This document shows positions 29,564-42,363 of a stretch of DNA of 64,000 nucleotides, one piece after another. The first letter of the stretch is position 1, and each line of letters begins with the position of its first letter. The notes under the pieces were generated by a model. The model saw only the letters and a program-made list of their open reading frames with translations. It did not search any database and was not told the origin of the DNA. The position numbers and the translations under genes were made by a program. Source of the DNA: Bilabrum cf. latius (Eukaryota); assembly GCA_965178125.1 (NCBI GenBank), contig OZ237740.1, positions 992,001-1,056,000 of the forward strand, in the 5' to 3' direction.

Positions 29564-32500
29564 ATGGAGGTTCCAACCAGGATCGAGCAGGTCCTTACCC
29601 CCCGGGTTCGCTTTTCCTTGAGTGAAGAGGAGGATGTTGACCTTAAGCTAAAATACGACAAGGGTTTGCGTTCCTATGCACGCTCCTTGGGCTTCGTGAG
29701 TTCTGGATCCGGGAAATATGCCCATGTATACTCTGTTCTCGTTTGAATCTAACAATGCCCGTTGCCTGAGCCGCATGCAAACGCAGAGTAGCAAGACGCC
29801 GCTCGGTCTGCCGGAACCAGAATCTAGGGAGGCTAAGGCGTAGGATATAGGAGATGATGACGAAGACGAGGATGAGGACGAGGCTGGCGATGGCCAGGAC
29901 GCGAAGAAGTCGAAAGACAAGGATGAGCCAGGCCCCGTTCAGCTCACCAAGGATTCCGAATCCTATGGACAACAAAAAATAGCTGATGTCATCGCAAAGT
30001 GGGAGAGGCGGCTTGCTCTTGAAGGGCGCTGGGCCGAAGACTAGGAGGACGCCGACTACGATGGAGCGAGCTCGGTGGCTCAGAGCAGCGTGGCTTCGAC
30101 TGGATCTCCGGGCAATCGGAGCTTTGGCGGTGCCGACCTCGACGCGAGCAATCTACCGGAGCCGGGCGAAGACGCCGCGCCCGCCTCGGGTGGCGAGCCC
30201 AGTTCTAAGCCGAGGCGGGGCCCGAAGCCCAACACCGAGGAGTGGTACGAGAACGACGACGGCTTTGTGATGGAGGAGGACGAGCGGCCCGACATCGCCT
30301 ACATGCTCAAGCAGCTGCTGCTGAAGGGAAGCTCCGTCGTAGCGTACGCGGACAGGCTCGTGGATTTCGAGGCGCAGGAGGGTGGCAGCGAGGAGGGTGC
30401 ACTGCACGGTAGCGCGCTCGCATCCGATGCGGGGGCGTAGGCAGAGAGCCCCAGCAAGAAGAAGCGCGGTCGACCAGCCGGCAGCAAGGACAAGGCGAAG
30501 CGAAGGAGCAAGAAGGACAAAGAGAGGGAAAAGCAAGGCGGTGATGGCGACGCACCCGCACGGTCTGGCTCGGTGGGTCACCTCGTGCCCTACTGGGACG
30601 ATGAGGACACGCCCATCTCAAGGATCAGGGACGAGATTGCCCGCCTGCGGGGGGGAGGGGCGCCCACCAACGCGGCGGGTGTCCCCCTGGGTCAGGGACG
30701 AGATCAGGGTGGGGGGAGCGGCGGCGTGGGCGAGTCCTTGACAGCGCCTGCTGGCGGTGCCACCGCAGCGTCTAACAGCAGCAGCAGCAGCAGCAGCAGC
30801 AGTACCGGCGGCGGAATGGAGGGGACAGCCGAGAACGGACTCGGGATCGGTGCGAGCCAGATGCCAATGGAGTAGGTAGGCAACTCGCCTGAGGAGCAGC
30901 TGAGGGGTAAGGCGGCTCCGAAGAAGCGGAAGAAGAAGAAGAAAGCCAAGCGGCTGGCACCAACGCTGCTCACCAGCGCGGATACCTCAGCCGGGGCCGC
31001 CTCAGGTGCTGGTGGTGGCAATGGGGCCCAGGAGCAGGCGCAAGGCAGCAATGGCGAGGGCAGTCCGTCCGCTGGCATGAAGCGAGCTCGGTCTGAAGCA
31101 GGCGATGGCACGATCGAAGGCTTCGGGATACTCGATGATGACACGGAACAAGGCGGCCAGAACGCGATGGAGGACGGGGACGGTGATGGGGCGGGGGCGG
31201 ATAGCGACGTTGAGGTCGTGCACAAGTCATCGTCGAAATCATCGTCGTCAGGCGGGAGCAGAGGGCAGTCTGCACCTCCTGCGAAGAAGCGCCGCAAGGG
31301 TTCCACGTCGTCCGCATCGTCTGACAGTCAGGCAAAAAAAATGCCGGCGCCATCTAGTGGGGCAGGCCCCTCCTCCTCCTCGTCCTCTTCCTCGTCCTCG
31401 TCGGGCGGCAGCGGCCGCGGTGGTGGCAGCAGGAGCAAAGGCACAAGTCCTAAGGCGAGCGATTCGCCCAAGCGGGCCTTGGGCGCCCCGGGGGTTACCT
31501 GCCTGCCCGACGATTGCCTGGCGTTTGCAGTTGCTGCTGCTGTCAGCCAGGCCGCTCCAGCCGGCAGCGACCCCATCAAAGTAATCTGGGACACCGTCCG
31601 GTCCATTCCTGTGTTCCTCACGGCGCTCACGGGGCGGCTGAGCAGCCCCCCCGAGGAGACAGAGGGCTCCGACGTGGTGCTGGCCCAGCAGTCCGACATC
31701 GCGACTATCCAGCAGATGCTGGGATACATACAGAGCGAGCGGGGCGCCGTGGGATACCCGCCGATCCTGGAGCTGCCCGCCGACCAGAGCACGTGGGTGC
31801 AGCAGGGAACAGCGGATGCCCAGCGGCTCGAGGCGGTGACCCGCACCCGATCCCAGCCAGAGCTGGCGAGCGACCGAGCCACCCACGAGGAGTGGCACTA
31901 CAGGCTGGACTTCGTGGTGGGGCCGTGCACGGAGTGGGCGAGGAACGCCGGCATGGACATCCAGATGGACGTAGACAAGGGGGGCTCGTCGGGACTGCCA
32001 CCGCCACGCTCGCAGACGGCGGCGTGGCTCTCTTTCGTGATGCTCTTTGGGTGCCACTGCTCCCCCCTCCAGTCCGTGCGACACGTCACGCGCAGCCTGC
32101 TGGGACACGAAGCGCACTCGTCGATCGACGCAGCCGCTAAACTGGAGGAGGGTCTGCTGTCCGCCATCGCGCAGCTGCCGGACAAGAGCGTCCTGCAGCT
32201 CCCGCTGAAGCAGAGAGACCACAGCGCCATCCCCCCGGCTACCGCCGGTGCCATCGCTCGCGTGTATGTCTGCTGGCAGCAGGCCGCATCCAGCGGGGCT
32301 GCCTACCGCAAGCAACTCAGTCTCGCAGACCGGAAGGCGCTGGCGCCAATCTACTGCGCCAAGTGCCTGCCCGGGCAGCCAAGCCAGCTGTTTGCGCTTG
32401 ACATCGTGCGCGGGCTGGGGTTTTCGGACGGCGGGGGTGCGATCGTTGGCGGCTCTGGCAATGCGGCTGCTGTCAAGGCCGTGCTGATGGGGCTGCGGCC

Positions 32501-32675
32501 GAGCGGGTACGTGCAGCGGGTGGTGCTGGAGCAGCTTGCGCAACGATTGGCCACGGGAATCGGCGGGGGCGTGAACCCTGCCGACGTGATTCATTGCGCT
32601 ACCGCGCTGAAGCAAAGCGCAGGGCGAGCCGGTGGGGACGGGCGGGGTTCTGCCAGCGGCGGGGGGTCTTCCTGA
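29564..32675 (+). CDS. Large low-complexity nuclear protein, possibly ubinuclein/Hpc2-like; exons 29564-29695, 29787-32675
   Basis: GTGAG...CGCAG intron 29696-29786, then one frame with four TAGs to TGA 32673. NLS-like KKRKKKKK. IADVIAKWERR and WYENDDGFVMEEDE loosely resemble the HPC2/ubinuclein HRD region (weak). Confidence 0.7.
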
Positions 32676-32784
32676 GACGGAGCGATGCCGCGGCGCCGAC
32701 CACTGCGTGATTTTCATTGCGAGCATACACATAATGCTTACGCTATCGGAGCGCCGCCCCCTTGAGACAATTATTGTACATACC

Positions 32785-34458
32785 ATGCTCGGATTTTTGC
32801 TGGCAGCGATGGTTTGTTGTGGCAGCAGCAGTGGTCAGGCTCTCCCCACTCTAGCAGTCATCGGGGAGCCCGAAATCGTATGGAACCAGTCGAGAGACGC
32901 GTGCCCGGGCTTCAACAGGTTTGGCCACGTTGGCGAATAGCCAGATTCGATGTTTGCAGCATGGTACAATCCTACTCAGAACCAAAGCTACATCATCGCG
33001 TCTACTTCCTGGGGCACGTACGCTTCCGTTGGAAAACGGCTGGATGAGCTACACCACGACTGCAGCGACTAGGTGTACAAGGCATAGAATCTCACTTAGC
33101 CGTGGACATATCTGAACCACCAGTGGCTGCAGGCGGTCAGAGTAAGACCCGATGGGACCGGCGCAGCTCTAATTCACAACGAGTTTCACGCCGAGCAGGC
33201 TCCTCACAACCTGTCGTGGTGCACCCACAACAGGACCGATAACCCCAACCATGAATGCATCTAGTGGTCTTCGGATTTAGGGGCGACAATCAACGGGGGC
33301 GAGTCGTGGAATTGGACCGAAGCTCCGCTGTTCGCGCTGCCTCGCTAGTACTTTTTGGACGCGCCCCAGGAGGGCTACGGGGCCATTGGACAGATCCTCG
33401 AGAAGGGAAACTTCCATTTTGGACACGTGTCTCGCATTTGCGCCGAAGGAACTGGCGCGTGCGCACCTGGCAGGGCTGGCGAAGGGATTTGCGCTTGGCG
33501 GGCCACAGACGTGAGCGATGCGTCCTCGTTCAGATTCTGGAATGGGAGTGCCTACTCGGTCTAGTCCATCAACCCATACGAGCAGCCAGTGCCCAAACCC
33601 AGCGATTTGGATGCGTACACCTGTCAGCCGCTGGATTTCGGGTACGATACCATGCATTTCTCGGCGCGACGCCTGGCGGGGGAGTGGGTGCCGAAGGACT
33701 GGCCCACCTACGTGGCGGCTGCCTGGCCCACCCCTGAGAATGGTGACACCGTGGCCATTTCTGCCCTCAGCGCCGGCGGAGATGAAGGCGAAGGCGCCTT
33801 CACGCGCTGGGAGCAGTGGCCACGCCTAAACCTCAGCGGGTGGTCAGACCCTCACACGCTAGCCGGGCTTGGCTCGTACATGTACCCGTCCCTGATCGAC
33901 CACGACTCGCCCTTCTCCCTCTCCGATTGGGCGAAGCGCACCGCCAGTAGTTCTGGTTCCAGCGCTGTGGACGCAGCCGCTTCGGACGGCCTATCCTACG
34001 GCCTAGTGGGAAATTCCTCCTTGTATCTATACGCGGTGTATCGCCGAGCCTACTGGGTCAGATTCCCTGTGGCTTGGATGCCGCCGGGAGTCAGCCCACC
34101 CACACCCCCTTACCCGCCGGTACCGCCCGTGAACGCAAGCTGCTAGCGATTACTCGTAGAAGGGGCTGGTGTGGCGGGCGTGAACGGCGTGTACGAGCAG
34201 ACTGGAGCATCTGCCTGGCAGCTGGACGCGGAGCACCAGCTGTACCGGGTGTGCGCGTCACCCCGGGGACAAGGCAGCCGGAGGGAGACACCAGAGTGTC
34301 ACTGGACCATGGCGCACCAGGGGCACCCGCCTGAGTACTATCAAGCCGAATTAGTCGCGGGCAAGAGCTAGGCCGGGAAAGTGCCTGGTCAGGGCTGGAG
34401 CCCCATGGGAGGGGTGTTTCCGGTACCGACCGTTTCCTGCGCGACAGAGGGCGAGTGA
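32785..34458 (+). CDS. Secreted hypothetical protein, possible beta-propeller glycosidase-like fold
   Basis: Signal peptide MLGFLLAAMVCCGSSSG. Single frame with nine TAGs (32938, 33070, 33085, 33097, 33262, 33346, 33562, 34144, 34369) to TGA 34456. Motifs LIHNEFH, Asp-box-like TINGGESW, CAWRATDVSDASSFRFWNG, YMYPSLID. Confidence 0.8.
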
Positions 34459-34754
34459 TCAGACGCCGGGATATTTTCCTTGAAAATTTGATCATGCATG
34501 AAGAGCTAAAGTTTGGTTCATTGAAGACGTGAGCAAACAACGCGCCCGTCCCGCCCCCTGCAATGTCTGCAAGCGATACCTGGGCCGCGTAGAACGACAG
34601 AACTTCCGCAAATCACGCCACCTGGGAGTTGTTTGGAGTACCTCCGTGAGGGCAAATCGAGTAAGGATACTCATCCCTCCGTGGCCCCAGCCGACGAGAT
34701 GGAGACTCGGAGCCGATACCGACGGGCGACGTGGCACCACATTTGGACGACCAC

Positions 34755-36900
34755 ATGGCGACAGGTGGCCCGCTTGGACACATTCCTCACGAATCTGCAG
34801 CCCATGTATTGAGTTTTCTTCCAGCTGAGGAGCTTGCACGCGCCGTTAGTGGCCAGCTAATATTCAGAATTCTGTCACGGTGCGGAATGTCTTTTTACAT
34901 CCTCTCTTTTTCGTCGTTCCGTTCGCTTACTGCAGTCAGAAGTTAGCAAGACTTTCCGCGGAGTATCAAGGCAGGAGGAGCTGTGGAGAGGTCTTGCTCA
35001 CAGCACATTTGCACCTGGCCTCTGGAAGTATATTGATCGGAGCTCGCGGGTGTTTGAGCCCAGGGCCGGCTGGCGCACCGTTTTCAGCAGGACGCAGTCC
35101 TTATTGCGGGACCAGTCGCAGCACAAGGCGTCAGCGAGGAGAGTATGCAGCCCAGGGGTATCAAGTCTCGGGTAGGGAGCCGTGTTTGGATGCTCACTGT
35201 ACTCGTGCGGGGTTGCCACCTCGCGGCTGGCCACCTCCAAGCCTGGGATGGACGACGACCTTTTCCTGGCAGCGACGGGGTCCGGCACAATCGCAGTTGT
35301 CTCTTCGTCTGGGGCATCCGTTGATCTCAACAATCCGGCGCACCACGGCCAGGGTGACGGCATCCTCGGGTTCGATGCCGACCCTCGAACTGGCGTGATC
35401 GTCACGGGTTCCTTCAATGGCGCAGTGAACGTAATGTCTGTGAATTTCCGGGAGCACCACAGCTTGAGCGAGACGCCTGTCCGCACGCTGCGGAAAATGC
35501 TCGCGCGGCGCGGGGCAAGCGCAGCCGGCTGCATCGAGAAGTCGGACATCGTCAAGCGGGTGCGAGCAACTGGCGCCTGTCCCCTGATCCGGCTGGAGGC
35601 GACACTTCCCCGGCATGGAGCCACTGTGGTGAGCACTTCGATATGCGGCAGGATGTTTGCCACGGGGAGCAACGACGGCACGGCAAAGATAGGCAGGATG
35701 GACCCGTCCGTCCTGTACAGGTTTCAAGACCCCCCCGAGGAGGACGGGGGTGAGGAGGGGCGGAAGAGAGAGGGCGTTGGGAAGGCGGCAGGAGCGGGGT
35801 TGGGGGCATCGGCTGCGAGCGGGAAGCACGATAGATCCCCAGGAGCCTCCGGCAGCAAGCGGGCGGAGATCGTGCGCACGATCGATCCGCAGGTGAGCGC
35901 CAGCAGCACCGAGGCAGGCGCCGCTGCCGATGGGGAGTCACCGGCGATTGACGTGGTATTTTTGCAGAAAACCGTCATGCACACGGGCGACAAGGCCTCG
36001 TTCCTGAAGAGGTACGACGTGGAGACGGGTGCGCTGCTGCAGTCCTGGGACACCGCGCACGGGTGGGTCTGGTCGGTGTGTCCCACCGAGACCACGTACA
36101 GAGAGTTCGAGGATCCCCCAGAGGACTGCAGAGTGGTGCTGACGGGAGGCACGGACGCTGTAGTGCGCGTGTGGGACTCGCGCGTGTCCGTGCGGCACAG
36201 CCTTGAGGCTGCTAGGAGCGCTGGCCTGGACCGTGTCGCCAGCCGGCCAGTCACCCAGCTGAGGCTGAGTTCTGGTTCCCAGGCACCCGTCGCCGGCATG
36301 CAGGTTTGCTGGAGCAAGAACACTGTGTATGCGGCCTCGTTCGACGGGAATCTGCACGTGCTGGACGTGAGGGCTCCCGGTAGCTGCGTGCCCTCTGTCG
36401 CGGAGGAGTGGTGGGGGTATGAACGACCGAGCGCGTCGGGGAAGGCGCCAGCAGAGTCTGCAGCGACGGGTAGCGCACCGGCCACTGGCTAGAGCAGTGG
36501 GAGCAGCGTAGCTGGCATGTCTACCAGTGGATCATCATCAGCGGCGGCAATGGCAATGGGCGGCCCAGCGGGGGGTTCAGCTGCGATGCGAGCAGCATGC
36601 AGCGAGCCAGGTGCTGGTGCTGTTGAAGATGTGACTCTGAGTCCCCTGTACAAGCTTCAGGGGGTTCCCTTGCCCGCAGCAACCCGGCAGCTCCTGATCC
36701 AGCAGCTGGGTGTGCCCAACGAGAGGCTGTGTAGGGTGGGCGTGTCGCCACGGTCGGTTGCGGTCGGCAGCTTCGACGGCAGGGTGCACCTGTTTACGTA
36801 CGGCAGCAACTTGTGGGAGCACAGCACCCTGGACGATGAGGCGAGGGAGAGGGTGGCGGACTAGGACAGAGTGGATAGAGATGGAGATGGGGACAGGTGA
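34755..36900 (+). CDS. F-box/WD40-repeat protein; exons 34755-34844, 34936-36900
   Basis: Splicing GTTAG...TGCAG (34845-34935) restores the F-box IPHESAAHVLSFLPAEELARA|SEVSKTFRGVSRQEELWR. WD motifs FATGSNDGTAKI and LTGGTDAVVRVWD. TAG at 35173, 36490, 36862; TGA 36898. Confidence 0.88.
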
Positions 36901-36990
36901 CCTGTGTGGTCGTGGACATTTAGTCTTGGTGTGTGCGTGGCAAGTATCCAACAAAGCAAGGCAGCCTCATCGCATTCGTATTAACTCCAT

Positions 36991-37989
36991 TCATGTACCT
37001 GCGTCACCCACCGATTCTGCCCCCGCCGCATTATCCCTCGGCTTGACCACGAAGCAGCCCGTCTCCTCCTCCCACGACTTGGTCTGCACATCCCTCCCTG
37101 CCCCAGCCCCTGCCAGCCCGCCGCGGATATCGCCGGCCGTCGAGCCCAGGGCGATGGCTCCTGCTCGCCCCAAGGCGATGCTCTCGTGCATGGCTCGCAC
37201 CGCCTCATCGTCCTCGTCATCCGAGCTGTCGGACCCCGTCCCAGCCGGGTTGAGCTGGGTCACCGCAGCGATGTCGTCCCGCAGAGCCTGCGCCTTCCTG
37301 CGCTGCTCCAACGTGAGTCGCTTGTAGGTGCCAGGAGCACGAGCAGGAGGAGGCCTCTCTCCGAAGCCCAGCAAGCGGGCCTCGCCGGCATCGGCGGCGC
37401 CGCGCCCCTGCTTGCGGCGCAGCAGCTAAGGCTCGGGGTTGAAGCCGCCAAAGTTGCTGCCAGCCAGCACGCCACCCCCGCTTGTGTAAAAGCCTGGCTC
37501 GTACTCTGCTGCAGCAAGCAGTTTATCTCCTGGCTTGGCCTCTCCAATCCCATTTCGCACTGTTGAGCGATCAGCAAAATCGATTCTACGCTTTCTGCCC
37601 ATCTCCAGACCAATATCTCGCTCACCGTGCTCCGCATATCTCGCAACGTTCCCATCGGAATCCAGCGGTTTCGATTTGCAACCTAATGTTGCACCGCACG
37701 CAAACTCTGATTCGCTCGACGACTTCGCGTTGAATTTTCCCGAGTGCACTCGTTCCGGCCTGCGCCGCGCGCCTGCCGCGAGTGTGGCTGCCACGTCTGC
37801 TTCTGTCCTACCACCGATTCCCCCCTATCGTGGCTCCTACGGCAATACCGGGAGGACCCGTTTGCTTGGTCGCCACTCACCAGCACCATGAAGGATGGGT
37901 GCGGACCCCCTGCTTTGCTACACAGCTCGCTTCTACCTTCTGAATGCTACATCCCCGCCTTTTTCTCCAATTCCGAGAGCAATTGACAT
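36991..37989 (-). CDS. Hypothetical protein, SPATS1/SASRP1-like motif
   Basis: Frame open from ATG 37989 to TGA 36991 across five TAGs. RNGIGEAKPGDKLLAAAEYEPGFY resembles, from memory, the conserved motif of SPATS1-family proteins of flagellated eukaryotes. Confidence 0.65.
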
Positions 37990-38102
37990 ATTAATACCGC
38001 TAAAACACCTTTATTTCAGGATAATTGCCGATTATTGTCGTAAAATTGGCACATGAAGAATCATTCCGTTGGCAACTCGGAGCTGCAAAGGTATCCGAAA
38101 CC

Positions 38103-38409
38103 TGCGGTAGTCACGCCCCGCTCTCCACCAGTCATACGATCGCTCGCTACCCTGCGGCTCGGTACGACCATAGCACAACTCACCCATCCCACGCCTCGTC
38201 TTCCCTCTTCGAGGCCACGTCTCACTACTTGGGCACGCCTTGCTGCGGCAACGCCCCTGCGCCCAACCACTGCTCCTGCAGCCTCTCCTGAGGCTCTGCT
38301 CGTCGATAGGACTCTATTCCGTGGCGCTATGGTAATCGGTGTTTGTTCCTTGGGGAAGCTGTACCTCAGCCCCGGTTGGGACCTTGCAGGTCGCAACCCA
38401 TAGATCCAA
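38103..38409 (+). repeat. Split direct repeat A1 (307 bp)
   Basis: TGCGGTAGTCACGCC...CCCATAGATCCAA; no difference seen versus 39532-39838. Confidence 0.95.
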
Positions 38410-39412
38410 ACACCTGGGCCCCCGTTGGGCGGCATCCACAGAAAAGAAAAAATAGGCGGGCTCCCCCTGGTCGGAGCCTACCCTGAGCATGTATCTCGCT
38501 CACGGCAAACCTCTCCGTCAAGATCCCACGCCGTCCCCGCTTGCGCATTGGCATAAGCCTCCGTCGCTCCTGGAGACCCTTGACATCTGATCCCTCACCG
38601 CTCGCGGCACCGACAGGACGCCAACCCACCCCCGACATTATGACTCTCTGGCCAGACCACCGAACACGGTGGGTGCTTTACTAACCGCCCTTATAGGATT
38701 TGTCGTCCCACAAAGGGGTAGCAGGCTGCGTCCTGCGAAATGCCCCGCTGTCCGCAGGGGCCCCAAATGGGCCCCCGCGCCAGGCATCCCCTCTGGCTGC
38801 GCCGATTCACATCTACCCTATCAGTGCCTGTGGACCTATCCAATCGGGAGATGTGATTCGGGCTGATGACGACTGGAGTGAAATGCTAACCGATAGGTCC
38901 GGCGGGGACCTGTGGTACCCGCTGGCCTGGCCCTCACCAGCCCTGTTCCCTTCAGGTACTGGCATCGCACCTCCCCCGAGGACCTCACCACCGCTAGCAA
39001 GCCGCATCTAAAGATTGCGTGAGGCATCGCTACCTGCTAAACGGCTTTTGCTTGTCACAGCCTCTACTCCCCCATCACCACTTGGTTTCCCCCTCAATCA
39101 GTCGCTGCTGCTTCACCCGTTCGGGTGCCCGAGGGGCAGCCACCCCTGCCAAGGACACTCACCGTGAGGCCCGGGCAGCGGCTGCCACTCCGTTATATAC
39201 GGTTGTGGCGCTCCATCAATCGGCGTTGACCGGGTGCGGGTCGAGTCTGCACGTTGTCGTCCAGGAGCGTGGTTTGGGCGCGGTGTTGACAGCGCGGCGA
39301 GACCATCACGTGGTTCGACTACACGTCAGCTTGCCCCGAGGTGCCTCGCGAGAAGTAAGGGGAAAGAAAGTATCAAACAAGGGGGCGGGAAAGAAGGGGT
39401 TGCAAACCAAGA

Positions 39413-39531
39413 AAAAGAAAAGAAAACGAGCAGGTCCCGAAGATGTGGTGGTAGTTCTCGGCTCCCAATCGCCCGATGGTTACAACCGGAACTGCAACGA
39501 CCCCACTATCTCATGCCTCACCAGTATACCA
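39413..39531 (+). repeat. Split direct repeat B1 (119 bp)
   Basis: AAAAGAAAAGAAAACGAGCAGG...CCAGTATACCA; no difference seen versus 42364-42482. Confidence 0.95.
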
Positions 39532-39838
39532 TGCGGTAGTCACGCCCCGCTCTCCACCAGTCATACGATCGCTCGCTACCCTGCGGCTCGGTACGACCAT
39601 AGCACAACTCACCCATCCCACGCCTCGTCTTCCCTCTTCGAGGCCACGTCTCACTACTTGGGCACGCCTTGCTGCGGCAACGCCCCTGCGCCCAACCACT
39701 GCTCCTGCAGCCTCTCCTGAGGCTCTGCTCGTCGATAGGACTCTATTCCGTGGCGCTATGGTAATCGGTGTTTGTTCCTTGGGGAAGCTGTACCTCAGCC
39801 CCGGTTGGGACCTTGCAGGTCGCAACCCATAGATCCAA
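39532..39838 (+). repeat. Split direct repeat A2 (307 bp)
   Basis: Copy of A1, immediately following B1. Confidence 0.95.
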
Positions 39839-40140
39839 GTTGGCCATGGTACAGCCCCGCTGGCTGCTGCAGACAGCGAACCACACCAATGCAAAACTTG
39901 GCCCGTTTCGCAGTTTGGTCTTTTAACGCGCATCAGACGACCAGTACTCTGTGCATTTACGAACTAGGGGAGGGGATGAAGAAACCGACAAGCGACAACC
40001 TAGTCGGGAAAGAAACACCTCCCCTGCGTGCCCGCCCTTCTCCAACCGTAGTTGAGGTGACGAGTGATCGCATGCACATAGTACTGGCTCCTGCTGTAGA
40101 CGCCCTTCATGGTTCCCCAATGAGGGGGAGTTGAAAGCTA

Positions 40141-41781
40141 GTGCTGGTGCTCGGACTGCTGGCTCCTGCCGCGGCCGCAGGCCGATGGCTCCTGCCACAG
40201 CCCGGTCTGCCGGCTCGTGCTGGTGCTCAGACTGCTGGCTCCTGCCGCAGCCCCAGGCCGATGGCTCCTGCCACAGCCCGGACTGCCGGCTCGTGCTGGT
40301 GCTCGGACTGCTGGCTCCTGCCGCAGCCCCAGGCCGATGGCTCCTGCCACAGCCCGGACTGCCGGCTCGTGCTGGTGCTCGGACTGCTGGCTCCTGCCGC
40401 AGCCCCAGGCCGATGGCTCCTGCCACAGCCCGGACTGCCGGCTCGTGCTGGTGCTCGGACTGCTGGCTCCTGCCGCAGCCCCAGGCCGATGGCTCCTGCC
40501 ACAGCCCGGACTGCCGGCTCGTGCTGGTGCTCGGACTGCTGGCTCCTGCCGCAGCCCCAGGCCGATGGCTCCTGCCACAGCCCGGACTGCCGGCTCGTGC
40601 TGGTGCTCGGACTGCTGGCTCCTGCCGCAGCCCCAGGCCGATGGCTCCTGCCACAGCCCGGACTGCCGGCTCGTGCTGGTGCTCGGACTGCTGGCTCCTG
40701 CCGCAGCCCCAGGCCGATGGCTCCTGCCACAGCCCGGACTGCCGGCTCGTGCTGGTGCTCGGACTGCTGGCTCCTGCCGCAGCCCCAGGCCGATGACTCC
40801 TGCCACAGCCCGGACTGCCGGCTCGTGCTGGTGCTCGGACTGCTGGCTCCTGCCGCAGCCCCAGGCCGATGGCTCCTGCCACAGCCCGGACTGCCGGCTC
40901 GTGCTGGTGCTCGGACTGCTGGCTCCTGCCGCAGCCCCAGGCCGATGGCTCCTGCCACAGCCCGGACTGCCGGCTCGTGCCGGTGCTCGGACTGCTGGCT
41001 CCTGCCGCAGCCCCAGGCCGATGGCTCCTGCCACAGCCCGGACTGCCGGCTCGTGCCGGTGCTCGGACTGCTGGCTCCTGCCGCAGCCCCAGGCCGATGG
41101 CTCCTGCCACAGCCCGGACTGCCGGCTCGTGCTGGTGCTCGGACTGCTGGCTCCTGCCGCAGCCCCAGGCCGATGGCTCCTGCCACAGCCCGGACTGCCG
41201 GCTCGTGCTGGTGCTCGGACTGCTGGCTCCTGCCGCAGCCCCAGGCCGATGGCTCCTGCCACAGCCCGGACTGCCGGCTCGTGCTGGTGCTCGGACTGCT
41301 GGCTCCTGCCGCAGCCCCAGGCCGATGGCTCCTGCCACAGCCCGGACTGCCGGCTCGTGCTGGTGCTCAGACTGCTGGCTCCTGCCGCAGCCCCAGGCCG
41401 ATGGCTCCTGCCACAGCCCGGACTGCCGGCTCGTGCTGGTGCTCGGACTGCTGGCTCCTGCCGCAGCCCCAGGCCGATGGCTCCTGCCACAGCCCGGACT
41501 GCCGGCTCGTGCTGGTGCTCGGACTGCTGGCTCCTGCCGCAGCCCCAGGCCGATGGCTCCTGCCACAGCCCGGACTGCCGGCTCGTGCTGGTGCTCGGAC
41601 TGCTGGCTCCTGCCGCAGCCCCAGGCCGATGGCTCCTGCCACAGCCCGGACTGCCGGCTCGTGCTGGTGCTCAGACTGCTGGCTCCTGCCGCAGCCCCAG
41701 GCCGATGGCTCCTGCCACAGCCCGGACTGCCGGCTCGTGCTGGTGCTCAGACTGCTGGCTCCTGCCGCAGCCCCAGGCCGA
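40141..41781 (+). repeat. 76-bp tandem array, 21 full copies plus 45 nt
   Basis: Unit GTGCTGGTGCTCGGACTGCTGGCTCCTGCCGCAGCCCCAGGCCGATGGCTCCTGCCACAGCCCGGACTGCCGGCTC; only scattered single-base variants; no spacers. Confidence 0.97.
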
Positions 41782-42363
41782 CGGGTTTTTGCATTCGCAT
41801 TTGCCAATTGTACTCACGCAGCTCCATCCAATGCCAGAACCACGTTCATGGCCCGCTGTAGTGTCAAGTTGGCGTCGTCGGTGTAGTTGTATCCCACAGG
41901 GTATTATCCCCCGTTTTCCCGTTCCGGGGTTCCCCACCCGTGGGCCACGCTGCCCGTGTAGCTTGTTGCTCGCGCACCAGGCCCATTAGTCACCGGTGGG
42001 GAAAGGTATCAATACGAACCATGAACAGTGCCATACTCTTGGGTAGGAAGTGCAGCAGGGGTAACGGAATGCCCAATTCCGTAGTCGCGGGAACGGCGCG
42101 ACTGGTGAAACGCAACCACGGTGTGTTAGCATGTCGTAGCCGGTGCCAAGAATCCTCCTCGTACCGATGAGACATGCCCAGTCAAATTCTAATCCGATGC
42201 TTGGAGTGTGAAAACTCGACTCGGTCCGGGGTCGCGTGTTCCTACGTGCCAACAAGGATATGGCCAATCAGACCAGCAATCCCGTGGGCCACACGTTCGG
42301 AGGGGCGCCCGGCAGACCTGCCGGTCGAATAGGTGTAACATGTGGTCCTAGTAATGCATTGCT

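Noticed and set aside
38832-38900. Hammerhead-like CTGATGA...GAAA within a GGACCTATC/GATAGGTCC stem in the element
   Set aside because: Stem II does not close properly and I found no stem I/III partners with an NUH site; an Infernal scan would settle it.
40141-41781. CRISPR array
   Set aside because: Head-to-tail identical units with no unique spacers, no cas genes, eukaryotic context.
39923-41989. Long repetitive ORFs of up to 590 aa across the 76-bp array
   Set aside because: The consensus unit has no stop on either strand and cycles through all frames, so long ORFs arise automatically; no non-repetitive domain is attached.
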